A stretch of DNA of 64,000 bases from assembly GCA_963847705.1 (NCBI GenBank), contig CAWKBC010000027.1, positions 224,001 to 288,000 on the forward strand, written 5' to 3'. Both the position numbers and the translations under genes were made by a program. Below are positions 44,228-54,311 of this stretch, one piece after another (the first letter of the stretch is position 1; the number at the start of each line of letters is the position of its first letter). The stretch is from an uncultured Pseudomonadota bacterium. GTDB taxonomy: Bacteria; Myxococcota_A; Polyangia; Fen-1088. A model generated the notes under the pieces. That model was not told the origin of the DNA, did no database searches, and saw only the letters and a list, made by a program, of their open reading frames with translations.

Positions 44228-44943
44228 CAGGCCACCCTCTTGCGGACGGTCCGCTGTTCGATGGGCTTTTCCAGCTTCCCGCTCTTCAAGATCCGGGCGA
44301 CGTAGATGCCGGGCGTGTGCACCTGATCGGGCTCGATCTGCCCGGCTTCGACCAGCTCTTCGACCTCCGCGATCGTCACCTTGGCGGCGGTGGCCATCAT
44401 CGGGTTGAAGTTGCGCGCCGTCTTTCGATAGACGAGGTTGCCGAGGCGGTCCCCCTTCCAGGCCTTCACCAGCGCGAAGTCGGCGGTGAGCGCCGTCTCC
44501 ATCACGTAGGTGCGCCCGCCGAAGGCGCGCGTCTCCTTTCCGTCGGCCACCACCGTCCCGAAGCCGGTGGCCGTGTAGAACGCCGGGATGCCGGCGCCGC
44601 CGGCGCGGATCCGCTCGGCCAGTGTCCCCTGGGGGGTCAGCTCGACCTCCAGCTGGCCGCTCAAGAACAGCTTCTCGAACGTCTTGTTCTCGCCGACGTA
44701 GCTGGAGACCATCTTCTTGACCTGGCCGTTGGCCAGCAGGATCCCCAGCCCCTTGTCGTCGACGCCGCAGTTGTTCGAGATGATGCTGAGCCCCTTCACC
44801 CCCTTCTTGCGCAGGGCCGCGATCAAGGTCTCGGGGATGCCGCACAGGCCGAACCCGCCGGCCATCATCGAAGCGCCATCGAAGAAGTCGGCGACGGCTT
44901 CGTCGGCGCTGGCGACCGTCTTGTCCATCGTGGGCATCATCAT
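44227..44943 (-). CDS. scoA: 3-oxoacid CoA-transferase subunit A
   Basis: [42 protein letters not shown]. Confidence 0.93.
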   Translation of the reverse strand: MMMPTMDKTVASADEAVADFFDGASMMAGGFGLCGIPETLIAALRKKGVKGLSIISNNCGVDDKGLGILLANGQVKKMVSSYVGENKTFEKLFLSGQLEVELTPQGTLAERIRAGGAGIPAFYTATGFGTVVADGKETRAFGGRTYVMETALTADFALVKAWKGDRLGNLVYRKTARNFNPMMATAAKVTIAEVEELVEAGQIEPDQVHTPGIYVARILKSGKLEKPIEQRTVRKRVA

Positions 44944-45014
44944 AACCCGGCCCGGGCCCCTCGGAAGGGGCGGGCTCTGACCGGTTGTGGGATACTGGCC
45001 CCCGGATCAGGCGA

Positions 45015-45803
45015 ATGCCCATCGTGACCTTTACGACCGACTTCGGCGCCCATGACGGCTATGTGGGCGCCCTCAAGGGTGTGGTCCTGTCGATCGCGCC
45101 GCAGGCGACGCTGGTCGACATCGCGCACGGTGTCCCCGCGCGCGACGTGGCGGCGGGTGCCGTGGCGCTGGCGCAGGCCGCGCCGCTGTTTCCCCCGGGG
45201 ACCATCCACGTGGCGGTCGTCGATCCGGGCGTGGGGGGGGCGCGCGCCGATCTGGTGGTCGCCGCCGGTGACAGCCTCTACGTCGGCCCCGACAACGGCG
45301 TGCTGTCGCTGGCCGCCCGCGGCCCACGCCAGATCTACCGGATCGAGGCGCCCGGGTTTCGGCGCGAGCCGGTCAGCCCGACGTTTCACGGCCGCGACGT
45401 GTTCGCGCCGGCCGCGGGCCGACTGGCCGCCGGCGCGGCCGCCTCCGACGCCGGCCCGCCCCTCGAATCGATGGTGGAGCTGAGCGCGCCGCCGCTGCAC
45501 CGGCGCGACGGCGTGATCGAAGGGGAGGTGATTCACGTCGACGGGTTCGGCAACCTCATCACCTCGCTGCCCGCCGAGGTGGTCGAGCGGGCAGGGGCCG
45601 ATTCGACGGTGGAGGTCGAGGCGGGGGCGGGACACTTCGAGCCGCAGTTGGGACGGACGTTCTCCGACGTCGAGACGGGCGCGCTCATCGCCTACATCGG
45701 CAGCGGCGGTCAGCTGGAGATCGCCCGCCGCAACGGCTCCGCCGCCCGCCGCCTCGGCGCCGAGCGCGGGACGATCGTTCGCCTGCGGAGCCCGACCTCT
45801 TGA
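45015..45803 (+). CDS. SAM hydroxide adenosyltransferase / chlorinase-fluorinase family (DUF62)
   Basis: [35 protein letters not shown]. Confidence 0.92.
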   Translation: MPIVTFTTDFGAHDGYVGALKGVVLSIAPQATLVDIAHGVPARDVAAGAVALAQAAPLFPPGTIHVAVVDPGVGGARADLVVAAGDSLYVGPDNGVLSLAARGPRQIYRIEAPGFRREPVSPTFHGRDVFAPAAGRLAAGAAASDAGPPLESMVELSAPPLHRRDGVIEGEVIHVDGFGNLITSLPAEVVERAGADSTVEVEAGAGHFEPQLGRTFSDVETGALIAYIGSGGQLEIARRNGSAARRLGAERGTIVRLRSPTS

Positions 45804-46735
45804 AGCTCGGTCTCTGGCTCGCCGTCGCTGTCTGGGGTCCGCTGGCCGCCTTCGGTGGCTGCTCAGTCGGCCAGGGGTCGGGCTCGGCGACGGGCTCGCT
45901 GTTCGTCGTCGGTTGCAACAACGGGTCGAACTTCGGCACGCCGATGGCCGGCGGCCCCGGTTACATGATCGCGCCGGTTGCGTACATGCTCGGCCCGAGC
46001 TTCTTCGCCGGGACGCCGATCGAGGATCTGGTGCAGGGGCCGGCGGCGATGAACCAGCTCGAAATGCGGATGGCCAGCTCGGGCCTGCTGCAGATGTACA
46101 CCGACGGATTGGAGTTCGACGTGCTGAGCTCCTATGAGGTCGCGCGCTGCGTGCGGGGCCGTACGGTGAACGGCCAGCCCGACTACCTGGTGACCCAACC
46201 GCTGCCGCTCACGCTGGCGACGGCGGCCAACCCGACGCCGACCACGCTCTGGTGTGACTGGACGGGCATGGCCTTCAGCGGCGACGGCGGCGCGCCCGAC
46301 GCCGCCCTTCCCGGTGCGCTCGACGCCGGCGCGGCTCTGGACGGCGGGATGTCGATGATGGCGTCCGCTCCGCGCATCCATGTGACGCCTTACACCGACC
46401 TCCACGCCTCGCTGTGGCTCTACAAGACCTGCCCGGACGGGAACGCGGCGGGGGCGGGGGTCGACGGGTGGATCGAGTTTCAGAGCTTTGGCGCCGCCGA
46501 GCAGTCCGACCTTCCGCCCGAACAGCGCGACCCGATCTCCATCGACCCGCCCTTCGTGATCAACTTCGGTGACCGCCTGCGTGCCACCTTCCACGTGGTC
46601 ATCGGGGATCCCCGGTACGTCACCGCCGTCCAAACCGGCGGCGCGCCGCCGAGCGCACCGGTGATTGGCGGCACGCTCGACGGCTACTTCGACTTCGACC
46701 TCGCCCGCGGCCGCGCCGGTCAGCCCTTCCCGTAG
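45800..46735 (+). CDS. Hypothetical lipoprotein
   Basis: FGGC lipobox-like site, C-terminal RGRAGQPFP; 4-nt overlap with upstream gene. Confidence 0.75.
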   Translation: MKLGLWLAVAVWGPLAAFGGCSVGQGSGSATGSLFVVGCNNGSNFGTPMAGGPGYMIAPVAYMLGPSFFAGTPIEDLVQGPAAMNQLEMRMASSGLLQMYTDGLEFDVLSSYEVARCVRGRTVNGQPDYLVTQPLPLTLATAANPTPTTLWCDWTGMAFSGDGGAPDAALPGALDAGAALDGGMSMMASAPRIHVTPYTDLHASLWLYKTCPDGNAAGAGVDGWIEFQSFGAAEQSDLPPEQRDPISIDPPFVINFGDRLRATFHVVIGDPRYVTAVQTGGAPPSAPVIGGTLDGYFDFDLARGRAGQPFP

Positions 46736-46740
46736 CCGAG

Positions 46741-48006
46741 ATGGGGGAGGGCGAGCGGCGAGAGGTCACCGTCGAGATCGACGGCCTGGCCATGGGTGGG
46801 GACGCCATCGGCCGCCAGCGCGATCCCGCCGGCGCCGAGAGCGCCAGCGACGGACGCGCCACCTTCGTCCCACTGGCCGCGCCCGGCGAGCGCGTGCGCG
46901 TGCGGATCGAGCGCGAGAAGGGGCGGGCGGCCTGGGGTGAGCTGACGGCGATCGAACGTCCGGGTCCGGAGCGTGTACCGCCACCGTGCCCGCTGTTCGG
47001 CCGCTGCGGCGGCTGCCAGTGGCAGCACGTGACGATCGAGGCCCAGCGGGCGGCCAAGAAGGCGATGGTCGAACGCGCGCTGGGGATTTCGATCCCACCG
47101 GTGCGCGTGGCGGGGCCCGATTTCGGCTACCGCGATCGCGCCAAGCTCACGGTGGGCAAAGCAGGGACCCTCGGGTTTCACGCGCGCCGCTCACATGACA
47201 TCGTCGATCTCGGCGATCCGCCGCGCTGTCCGCTGCTCGGGCCCGAGCTGGCGCGGGCGCTGCCGGCGCTGCGGGCGCTGGCCCGGGGGATGGCGCCGGG
47301 GATCGAGCTCGAGGCGCAGACCGGCGCCGAGGGGGTTCACCTGAACGTCGGGCGCGCCGACGCCCTCGGCACGGCGCACGCCCGCCGCGAGATCGACCGC
47401 CTGAACGAGGCGGGCATCGTCGGCCTGTCGCTGGCCGGCAAGCCAACGCTCGGGCGCGTGGAGGTCGACGTCGCGGAACCCGGGAGCCCGCCGCTGGCCA
47501 TCCCGGCCGGCGGCTTCGCCCAGGTCGGCCGCGCCGCCAACGCCGCGCTGGTCGCTGCCGTGCTGGAGGCCGTGGGGCCCGAGCCCGGCATCGTGCTGGA
47601 GATCTACGCCGGCAGCGGCACGTTCACCCGGCATCTGGTCGCGGTCACAGGCACGGGTGGGCGAGGGCGCGTGTTGGCCTGCGACGGCGATCCCGCGGCG
47701 GTCGAGCGCGGCCGGCGAAACGTCCCCGGTGCGGCCTGGTCGGCGCGCCCGCCGGCCGATGTGCCCGACACCGTCGTCCTCGATCCGCCGCGTGAGGGGG
47801 CCGACCGCGCCCACCTGACCGCCGCCATCCGCGCGCGCCGCCGGATCGTCTACGTCTCGTGCGATCCCCAGACGCTGGGCCGCGACGCGCGCCTCCTGAA
47901 GACCGACGGATTTCGCCTGGTACAGGCCGTGGCGCTCGACCTGATGCCCCAGACGTACCACGTCGAGGTCGTCGCGACCTTCGAGCCCAGCGAAGTCGTC
48001 GGCTGA
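46741..48006 (+). CDS. RlmD/TrmA-family RNA (uracil-5)-methyltransferase with TRAM domain
   Basis: CPLFGRCGGCQWQH Fe-S motif, YAGSGTF, LDPPREG, YVSCDPQTL, DLMPQTYHVE. Confidence 0.9.
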   Translation: MGEGERREVTVEIDGLAMGGDAIGRQRDPAGAESASDGRATFVPLAAPGERVRVRIEREKGRAAWGELTAIERPGPERVPPPCPLFGRCGGCQWQHVTIEAQRAAKKAMVERALGISIPPVRVAGPDFGYRDRAKLTVGKAGTLGFHARRSHDIVDLGDPPRCPLLGPELARALPALRALARGMAPGIELEAQTGAEGVHLNVGRADALGTAHARREIDRLNEAGIVGLSLAGKPTLGRVEVDVAEPGSPPLAIPAGGFAQVGRAANAALVAAVLEAVGPEPGIVLEIYAGSGTFTRHLVAVTGTGGRGRVLACDGDPAAVERGRRNVPGAAWSARPPADVPDTVVLDPPREGADRAHLTAAIRARRRIVYVSCDPQTLGRDARLLKTDGFRLVQAVALDLMPQTYHVEVVATFEPSEVVG

Positions 48007-48020
48007 GGCGTCGGTGAACC

Positions 48021-48049
48021 TTGACCGGGCGGAGCTTTTGCCCTAAAAC
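48021..48049 (+). promoter_or_regulatory. Putative sigma70 promoter for tRNA-Gly
   Basis: TTGACC, 17 nt spacer, TAAAAC. Confidence 0.55.
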
Positions 48050-48062
48050 GCTGGCTCGTTTT

Positions 48063-48134
48063 GCGGGAGTAACTCAGTGGTAGAGTGCCACCTTGCCAAG
48101 GTGGACGTCGAGGGTTCGAACCCCTTCTCCCGCT
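48063..48134 (+). tRNA. tRNA-Gly(GCC)
   Basis: GCGGGAG/CTCCCGC acceptor, CCACC-TTGCCAA-GGTGG anticodon arm, GAGGG-TTCGAAC-CCCTT T arm; CCA not encoded. Confidence 0.96.
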
Positions 48135-48144
48135 CTCTAAAGCC

Positions 48145-48585
48145 GGTTCTACTCACTCGATGGTGGGTGCGGCCGAAAAGCAGTTCAGCCGAAAAGCGGT
48201 TCAGGCGCACGCATTTAGGAGTCTGAGTCTGTAGTTCCGGAAGCTCCTATCGCCGTAAGCCCGCTTTTTGACGAGCTTTGCCTTGTTGTTGAAGCCCTCG
48301 GTCCGGGCGTTGGTGAGGCCGGTGGCGAAGTGCTCGAGGATCTCGTGCCGCCAGCGAATCAGAGTCCGACGAAGGGTCTGGAACTCGGGCAGCTGCGAGC
48401 TGGCCAGGCGATCGGTTAGAGCTGCGAAGGCCACCTTGGCGCGCTCGCGGCCACGAGTGCGATAGAGGCTGTGCATGGCCTCCTTGGCTTCGTATAGAGC
48501 CCGCAGCTCGGGGTGGTTCCAGAGCCATTGGTCGAGCGCCAGGCGCTCGGCGAAGTCGAGGCGGTATCGGCTGCGTAGGAGGAGC
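48145..48585 (-). mobile_element. ISL3-family remnant (right end plus transposase C-terminus, 48201..48585)
   Basis: TNARTEGFNNKAKLVKKRAYGDRSFRNYRLRLL motif; GGTTCT terminus 10 bp after the tRNA; frame cut at the IS3 end. Confidence 0.85.
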
Positions 48586-49567
48586 TGGAGATCCCAGGGT
48601 TTCGTGGACAGTAGCTAGGCTCCGGGCAGTCGCGGAGGGCGATTGCGATGTCCACGAAACTCAGCGCACGACGGGTCCGTTCGATCTACGAGTTCATCAA
48701 GGTCAATCGAGGCGCGGTGAGCGTGCAGGCGATGTGTCGCCTGCTCGACGTAGCGCCGAGCGGCTACTACGCGTGGATCAAGAAGCCGGTGTCGAACCGC
48801 GCCCAAGAGGACGCCAGGCTGCTTCGCCTCATCCGTGCATCGTTCAAGGCTGGCCAAGGCATCTACGGCGCCCCCCGCGTCTTCCTGGACCTCCGGGAGG
48901 CCGGCGAGACCTGCAGCAAGCATCGTGTCGCTCGGCTCATGCGAATGAATGGGTTGCGCGCCCTGCACGGCTATCGAACACGGCGCTGGTCCGCCGGCAA
49001 GCCCTCCGTCCTGGCACCGAATCTTCTGAAGCGGCAATTCATGGTGACCCGCCGAAACAAGGTGTGGGTCACGGATATCACTTACATTCGAACCTGGCAG
49101 GGCTGGCTCTACCTCGCTGTCGTCATGGACCTGTTCTCCCGCAAGATCGTCGGCTGGGCGGCGAGGCCGACCCTTCATCTTGAGCTCGCCCTCGACGCCG
49201 TACTGATGGCCGTCCGGCGGCGCCGGCCGCGAGGAACGCTGATTCACTCCGATCAAGGCACGCAGTACGGGAGCGATGGCTGGCGCCGCTTCTGCCGCTC
49301 GAATCACCTGGAACCGAGCATGAGCCGGAAGGCCAACTGCTGGGACAACGCTGTCGCCGAGTCCTTCTTCAGCAGCCTAAGAAGGAACGGATCAAGAAGC
49401 AGATCTACAAGAACCGCGATCTAGCGACGAAGGACGTCGCCGACTACATCGATAGCTTCTACAATCGAACCCGCCGCCACAGTCATCTCGGGGGCGTGAG
49501 CCCGGAGCAGTTCGAATCAGCCCAGAAACCTCGGTGACTGGGTGTCCACAGAATCCTGGGATCTCCA
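48586..49567 (+). mobile_element. IS3-family element, 982 bp, orfB only
   Basis: 25-bp imperfect terminal IRs (TGGAGATCCCAGGGTTTCGTGGACA / TGGAGATCCCAGGATTCTGTGGACA) with TG...CA ends; no matching target duplication. Confidence 0.92.
48648..49537 (+). pseudogene. IS3 transposase OrfB with a frameshift near 49379
   Basis: WVTDITY, HSDQGTQY and DNAVAESFF DDE motifs; C-terminus KKERIKK..FYNRTRRHSHLGGVSPEQFE continues in another frame. Confidence 0.88.
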
Positions 49568-49665
49568 GAGTGCCCAGGAATGAACGAAGTCGGCGCGCGA
49601 CCGGCTGGCTAGCCAGCGGTGGGACGCCAACCAGCGATGGCCTATCTAGACGTATACTCAGACTC

Positions 49666-50172
49666 GTGGAGGAGGACCTCAAAAGAGCCTGGCTGGCGCA
49701 CTACGGCGCGCCACTCTACGGTGAGAGCACGCTTTCCGGCCGGGCTGCGCCCGAACTGGAGAAACTCGTCGTCGATGCTCTCGGGCTCAGCCGCCGCGAT
49801 CCGTCGATGACGCGTGCACTCCCCGTCCTGCTATGGAGGCGCCGCGGAGACCTCGACATGGCGAAGCTGGTCCGGCTCGCCCGAGCAAAGGGCCGCGAAC
49901 GCACGTTGGGGTTCTTCCTGGACCTAACCGCGCGGCTATCTGGCGATCGGCGGCTCCGAAGCGCGGCGGCGGCCCTACGGCCGTCGTCCCCACGCCCCTC
50001 TACGAACTTTTTCACGACCCACCAGGGGGCGCTCGCGCGGGTCCTCGCCGACGAGAACACGCCGCCCGTGGCCCGCGCTTGGGGCTACCGCATGAACATG
50101 GGAATGGACTCGTTCGAAAGCATGTTCGCGAAAGCGAAGGCCAGCGAGCGTGAAGCGTTACTCGCGAGCTGA
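49666..50172 (+). CDS. Hypothetical protein, putative partner/antitoxin of the downstream nucleotidyltransferase
   Basis: TATACT 7 nt before GTG 49666; overlaps next gene by 23 nt. Confidence 0.7.
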   Translation: MEEDLKRAWLAHYGAPLYGESTLSGRAAPELEKLVVDALGLSRRDPSMTRALPVLLWRRRGDLDMAKLVRLARAKGRERTLGFFLDLTARLSGDRRLRSAAAALRPSSPRPSTNFFTTHQGALARVLADENTPPVARAWGYRMNMGMDSFESMFAKAKASEREALLAS

Positions 50173-50728
50173 GCTCGTCGCCTTCCTACGTCGCGTCGAC
50201 GCACGTCTGACAACGACAGAGGTGCTGGAGGTGATCGGTGGTGCCGCGGCCGTGCTGAAGTACGGGGCGAGCGCCCCGACGAAGGACATCGACACCTGGA
50301 ACCGGGTGCCGAAGGCCGTGCAGGATGCCGCCGACGCCATTGGGGCGATGGGGCAGGGCGTGCCGCTTGCCCCCGCCGGGGTCGCCGAGATCCCGAACGA
50401 CGCCGAGTTGCGTTTCAAGACGGTCTCGATCGGGCTCAAGAGGCTCGTCGTCCGCGTGCCCGACCGCTACGATCTGGCGCTGTCGAAGACGATCCGTGGC
50501 TACGACAACGACCTCCAGGTCATCAAGGAAATGCACGAGGAGAAGCCGTTCTCGCTCAAGAGGCTCGTCGCCCTGTTCGAGACCGAGATGGACGGCGCGG
50601 TCACGAAAGATAAGCGCGCCTTGCGCCTTAACGTCGCCGTGCTCGTCGCCACCCTCTTCGGCGACGCCGAGGGCGAGAGGGTCGCTCTGCGCTGGGGCGT
50701 GGCCATACCGAGAATTAAGAAGCGCTGA
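50150..50728 (+). CDS. DUF6036-like / AbiEii-like nucleotidyltransferase
   Basis: VIGGAA...TKDIDT Pol-beta-like motif, DLALSK..R...DL C-terminal motif. Confidence 0.8.
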   Translation: MKRYSRAELVAFLRRVDARLTTTEVLEVIGGAAAVLKYGASAPTKDIDTWNRVPKAVQDAADAIGAMGQGVPLAPAGVAEIPNDAELRFKTVSIGLKRLVVRVPDRYDLALSKTIRGYDNDLQVIKEMHEEKPFSLKRLVALFETEMDGAVTKDKRALRLNVAVLVATLFGDAEGERVALRWGVAIPRIKKR

Positions 50729-50846
50729 AAACGGTGGCCTGGCCCCGGTAACCGCTCATCCGCCGTTCAGGTGCGGGGTGCGGACAGTACCGGAGCCGCC
50801 GCAAATAACTCGGACGGCATCGGGCGCTATGGCAGGGTGAGGTGCG

Positions 50847-51998
50847 TTGGAAAAGCGATTCTCCGGAGCACCGATGGTCGTCCTGGCGGGGACGGTTGCC
50901 CTGGCCGTGACCGCACCGCGCGCGTACGCCGATGGGGATGCGATGAGTGATCCCTGCAACGGGGTCGTCTCCCAGCTTCGTGAGGCGGCGGCGCATCCTG
51001 CTCCCTTCCACATCGAGGACCTCATTGGGGACCTCGGATTCGAGTATCGCCACCGCTGGGAGACCGACCTCGAGCATAGTCTAGTTTCGGCGTCGAGCCC
51101 CGCACCCGATGCGACCATCGCGCGGGTCACACCCGCGTGTCGCGACGAGACCCGTCGCGGGGCCGCGCCAGCGGCGGTTGCGACCGCGCGCGCGCTGACT
51201 GAGAAGAGTGAACCAGGCTGGGTCGACTACGGCCGCATGGTCCTTTGCGCCATGCAGGACCCCGGCTCAACCCATGAGCTTCAGGCGTGGATGGGCGACG
51301 GCGATCGTCCCGGCGCCCGCGCCGTGTGCGTCGCCGAGCTCGCGACCTGGCCGGGCGTCGAGCAGCAACGCAAAGCGATCCTCGCCGCCCTGGTTCGCAA
51401 GACAGGGGTCTTCACCTGGGAAGTCGATCCCGCCGTCGTAGCGGCGGCGAACGTAATCGGTACGCCCGAGCTACTCGAGCAATTGGTGCCGGTGCTGGCC
51501 GATGCTTACGCGCACCACGCCCTTGGCTACGATCGGCTGCGCGCCGCCGTCTGCGCACACGACGAAGCAATGTCAGGCAACCGCGCCCGGGAGTGCTCCA
51601 CGCTGCCGGCGCAGGCCGAACAGGAATGGCGTCGAACTGGAGTCCGGCCTTGGTTGACCCGAGGTGCCCTGACCGTAGGCTACAGCGGCGCCGTTGCGTT
51701 GACTTACGCCACCCGCGACCGGGAATTCAGTCGCGGCTTCGCGACGGCGGCCGGCGTCGTGGGCGGCTTCGTGACAGGCATCGCCGCAGTCTACTACGGC
51801 GGCAAGGCCGTCAATTACGACGTGAATCATCCAGATGTCGGGTTCGAGGCGCTGATGATCGCGGGGTTTATCGTCGGGAGCGTCGTCGGCGGTATAGGGG
51901 CGCATGCCCTTGCGGCGTCGTCCGGGGCACGGGCGCCAGTGACCGCAGCCGGTCTGGCACCGTTGTACATCACCGCCTTCGCAGCGACGTTCGAGTGA
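50847..51998 (+). CDS. Hypothetical exported protein with C-terminal TM helices
   Basis: Signal peptide (AYA-D), Cys-containing helical region, Gly-rich TM segments. Confidence 0.7.
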   Translation: MEKRFSGAPMVVLAGTVALAVTAPRAYADGDAMSDPCNGVVSQLREAAAHPAPFHIEDLIGDLGFEYRHRWETDLEHSLVSASSPAPDATIARVTPACRDETRRGAAPAAVATARALTEKSEPGWVDYGRMVLCAMQDPGSTHELQAWMGDGDRPGARAVCVAELATWPGVEQQRKAILAALVRKTGVFTWEVDPAVVAAANVIGTPELLEQLVPVLADAYAHHALGYDRLRAAVCAHDEAMSGNRARECSTLPAQAEQEWRRTGVRPWLTRGALTVGYSGAVALTYATRDREFSRGFATAAGVVGGFVTGIAAVYYGGKAVNYDVNHPDVGFEALMIAGFIVGSVVGGIGAHALAASSGARAPVTAAGLAPLYITAFAATFE

Positions 51999-52399
51999 CC
52001 GTTGCCGGTCGGTGGAACCACGCGCAGGGGCCAAGGCGCCGTCGGCGGCGGCAACGCCCCCGGCGGAGCGGCGGGGAGCGGCGCTTCGACCTGTCCGGCG
52101 GCGGCGACGCTCTCCTGCCCGGCTGTCGACGGATCGAAGGCGTTCGGTACGCTCTCCACCGCGGACGAGAAGGCCTCACCTGGGCCAGGCCGTGCGACTC
52201 GGCGGCGCTCCTCGCGGCGCTCTCGGATCCGAGCTGCCAGGCGTTGCTCGCGTCCACCTGTCGGTGAGCGGAGCGCTCGGACCGGGTAACTCAGAGCAAG
52301 GCGGCCAGGACGCCTCCCAGCTCGTAGCTCAACGCGTTCGCCAGACCAGAAACGATCAGGGCCCGGGCGGGCTGGGTTTGGACCAGGGGCGCGGCTTGA

Positions 52400-52777
52400 C
52401 GAAGAACTGCACCGCTGGGGCCAGCTGCTCGGCGACCGACTACCGACTCCGCTTCGAGTGCATCTTCACGTGGCGCGCCGGGTTCGCCGTCGATCCCTGG
52501 CTCGGCCTCGGAATCGGCTACGAGTGGCTCCGGTTTTCCGGCGAGGGCCTCGACCACCAGAATCCCCCAGTTCGATCGAATTCAGCGGTTGGGACTACCT
52601 CATCATCGAAGCGGGCGGCGATTTCCGCCTTGCCACCTCCTCGCGCTCGGCCGCTTCGTCGGCTTCTCGCTCGGCGAATGTTCATCAAGGTCGGAGGATG
52701 GCTCCTCGAGGGACCTCCCTGAGCAGGCTCTCCATGCCTGGCTTCATCTCGGCCTGCGGGGAACAATCAACCTCTGA
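52400..52777 (+). pseudogene. Frameshifted outer-membrane beta-barrel remnant
   Basis: Consecutive pieces in different frames: DPWLGLGIGYEWL, EFSGWDYLIIEAGGDFRL, LGRFVGFSLGE..ALHAWLHLGLRGTINL. Confidence 0.55.
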
Positions 52778-52806
52778 CCGGGTCGACCCGCTTCACCTCG
52801 ACCCGG
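52778..52806. terminator. Hairpin between convergent genes
   Basis: CCGGGTCGA / TCGACCCGG 9-bp stem, no U tract. Confidence 0.3.
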
Positions 52807-52845
52807 GTGACGATGCCTGTCCCGACCGGACGTTTGTCCCCGACG

Positions 52846-53298
52846 CTAACCGTACGTGAGCTCGGTGCTCTGTCCGACCTCGATGATGTAGCCGTCGGGA
52901 TCGCGGATGTAGCAGCGCGTCTCGCCGTACTTGGGGATTGGCTCGGTGATGAACTCGGCGCCTCGGCTCTTCCACAACTTGTAGCTCGCCTGAATGTCCG
53001 CGACGCGGATGTTCATGAAGCTGCTGACCTTGTTCGGGTCGGCCAGGACGCTGAGCGTGACCGACGGCTTGTCGGGCGTCGGTCCGCCTCCGACGTTGAC
53101 GAGGAGCCAGGTGTTCGCGATCTGGATGTACCCAGGCGCGCCCTTGCTGTCGCCTCGGCTCAGGGGGCGACCGCCGAAGACCGTTTCATAGAAGCGCAGC
53201 GAGCGGTCGACGTCGGCGACGGTGAGGAAGTGCGCCACGGTGAATCCGTCACGCGGGGGCATCTCGTAGCTCTTCTGGTCGATTTGTACGGTGCTCAT
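52846..53298 (-). CDS. VOC (glyoxalase/bleomycin resistance) family protein
   Basis: TVADVDRSLRFYETVFG, YIRDPDGYIIEV; GGAG RBS. Confidence 0.9.
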   Translation of the reverse strand: MSTVQIDQKSYEMPPRDGFTVAHFLTVADVDRSLRFYETVFGGRPLSRGDSKGAPGYIQIANTWLLVNVGGGPTPDKPSVTLSVLADPNKVSSFMNIRVADIQASYKLWKSRGAEFITEPIPKYGETRCYIRDPDGYIIEVGQSTELTYG

Positions 53299-53321
53299 TG
53301 AGGACTCCAGTTGCAGGCGGT

Positions 53322-54311
53322 CTAGCGCGGGTCCCCGTGAGGTGGACCCAAATAGCGGAACTCGGCGAGGAGATCGCCGTGAGGCCCGATGCCGTCCCCC
53401 TTTACCTTTCCGTTGGTGAGGATGGGCAGGAACCCATCGACGACGTCATCGCGGAGTGTCCGTCCGCTCTGCGGGTAGGACGCGGGGCGCGTGGGGTCGT
53501 AGCGGATCATGTCCGGCAACAAGGTTTGGGCCGCTCGCCTGGCTGCCTCCGGCGTATAGCCCCCGGTGTGCTCCAGCGAGTGCGCGAACACGGCGATGAA
53601 ACGTTCATCCCCCGCCGGCTCTCCGGTGCGGTAGGCGTCGTTCGCCTCGCCGGTGAGGAAGGGGGTCTGTGAGGGGCGCGCGCCGCGGTCCGCTTGCACC
53701 CAGGGCCCGCCCACGCCGTCCTCCGGGATCAGCGTGCGGACCCACAGGCTGACCTCTTTCGACCCCAACGCCGCGTTGGGGACATCCAACACCACGCTGG
53801 ATACGTTTTTGTCGGCGAAAAAATCTTGGCCCGTGAACTGGAAGTTCTTGATGACGCCCACCACGTCGAAAAAAAACGGATCGCTGCGACGGCCCACAAA
53901 GAGGCGGTGGTCACCCGCCGGGGTGGCCCGTGCCTCCCGACCCGTCGACACCGGCACACCCTCGGCGAGAACACGCCCGCCGTCGCTCTTTCCCATCGGC
54001 TGTGCGCCCTCGAAGCGGCGCAGGGTCGCCGTCTGGCCCCCGTCTTTCGAAGACGACACGCGCACCTGATAGGTGATGTCGGCGACGGCGTCGCCGTTGG
54101 TGTCGATCCTGAGCTCGTAGAGCGCCGCCGGCGCGAACGGCTCGGCAGTGGTCGGTCCTGGCGGGTCGATGCTGGCCGAAGGATGAAAATTCATGATGAG
54201 GATCGACCTGCCCGGATCTCCCGGCTTGGGGAAAGCGAACAGATCGGTAAAGTCCAGGCGGGCATCTCCGCGAGGGAAGGAAACGTTGGGACCCGAGTAA
54301 TGGTGCGACAT
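53322..54311 (-). CDS. DUF4331 family protein
   Basis: MSHH..DFTDLFAF, YELRIDTNGDAVAD, GRRSDPFFFD, GRTLRDDVVD; AGGAG RBS. Confidence 0.85.
   Translation of the reverse strand: MSHHYSGPNVSFPRGDARLDFTDLFAFPKPGDPGRSILIMNFHPSASIDPPGPTTAEPFAPAALYELRIDTNGDAVADITYQVRVSSSKDGGQTATLRRFEGAQPMGKSDGGRVLAEGVPVSTGREARATPAGDHRLFVGRRSDPFFFDVVGVIKNFQFTGQDFFADKNVSSVVLDVPNAALGSKEVSLWVRTLIPEDGVGGPWVQADRGARPSQTPFLTGEANDAYRTGEPAGDERFIAVFAHSLEHTGGYTPEAARRAAQTLLPDMIRYDPTRPASYPQSGRTLRDDVVDGFLPILTNGKVKGDGIGPHGDLLAEFRYLGPPHGDPR

Noticed and set aside
44228-45022. 495-aa fused CoA-transferase ORF
   Set aside because: The upstream part is an off-frame read of scoA; subunit B starts at ATG 44227
45015-45803. Fluorinase/chlorinase halogenation pathway
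   Set aside because: DUF62 members are mostly SAM hydrolases, and no halometabolite genes are nearby
49370-49390. Programmed -1 frameshift in the IS3 transposase
   Set aside because: Located after the DDE Glu rather than at an orfA/orfB junction, with no canonical slippery heptamer; a 1-bp loss or sequencing error is more likely
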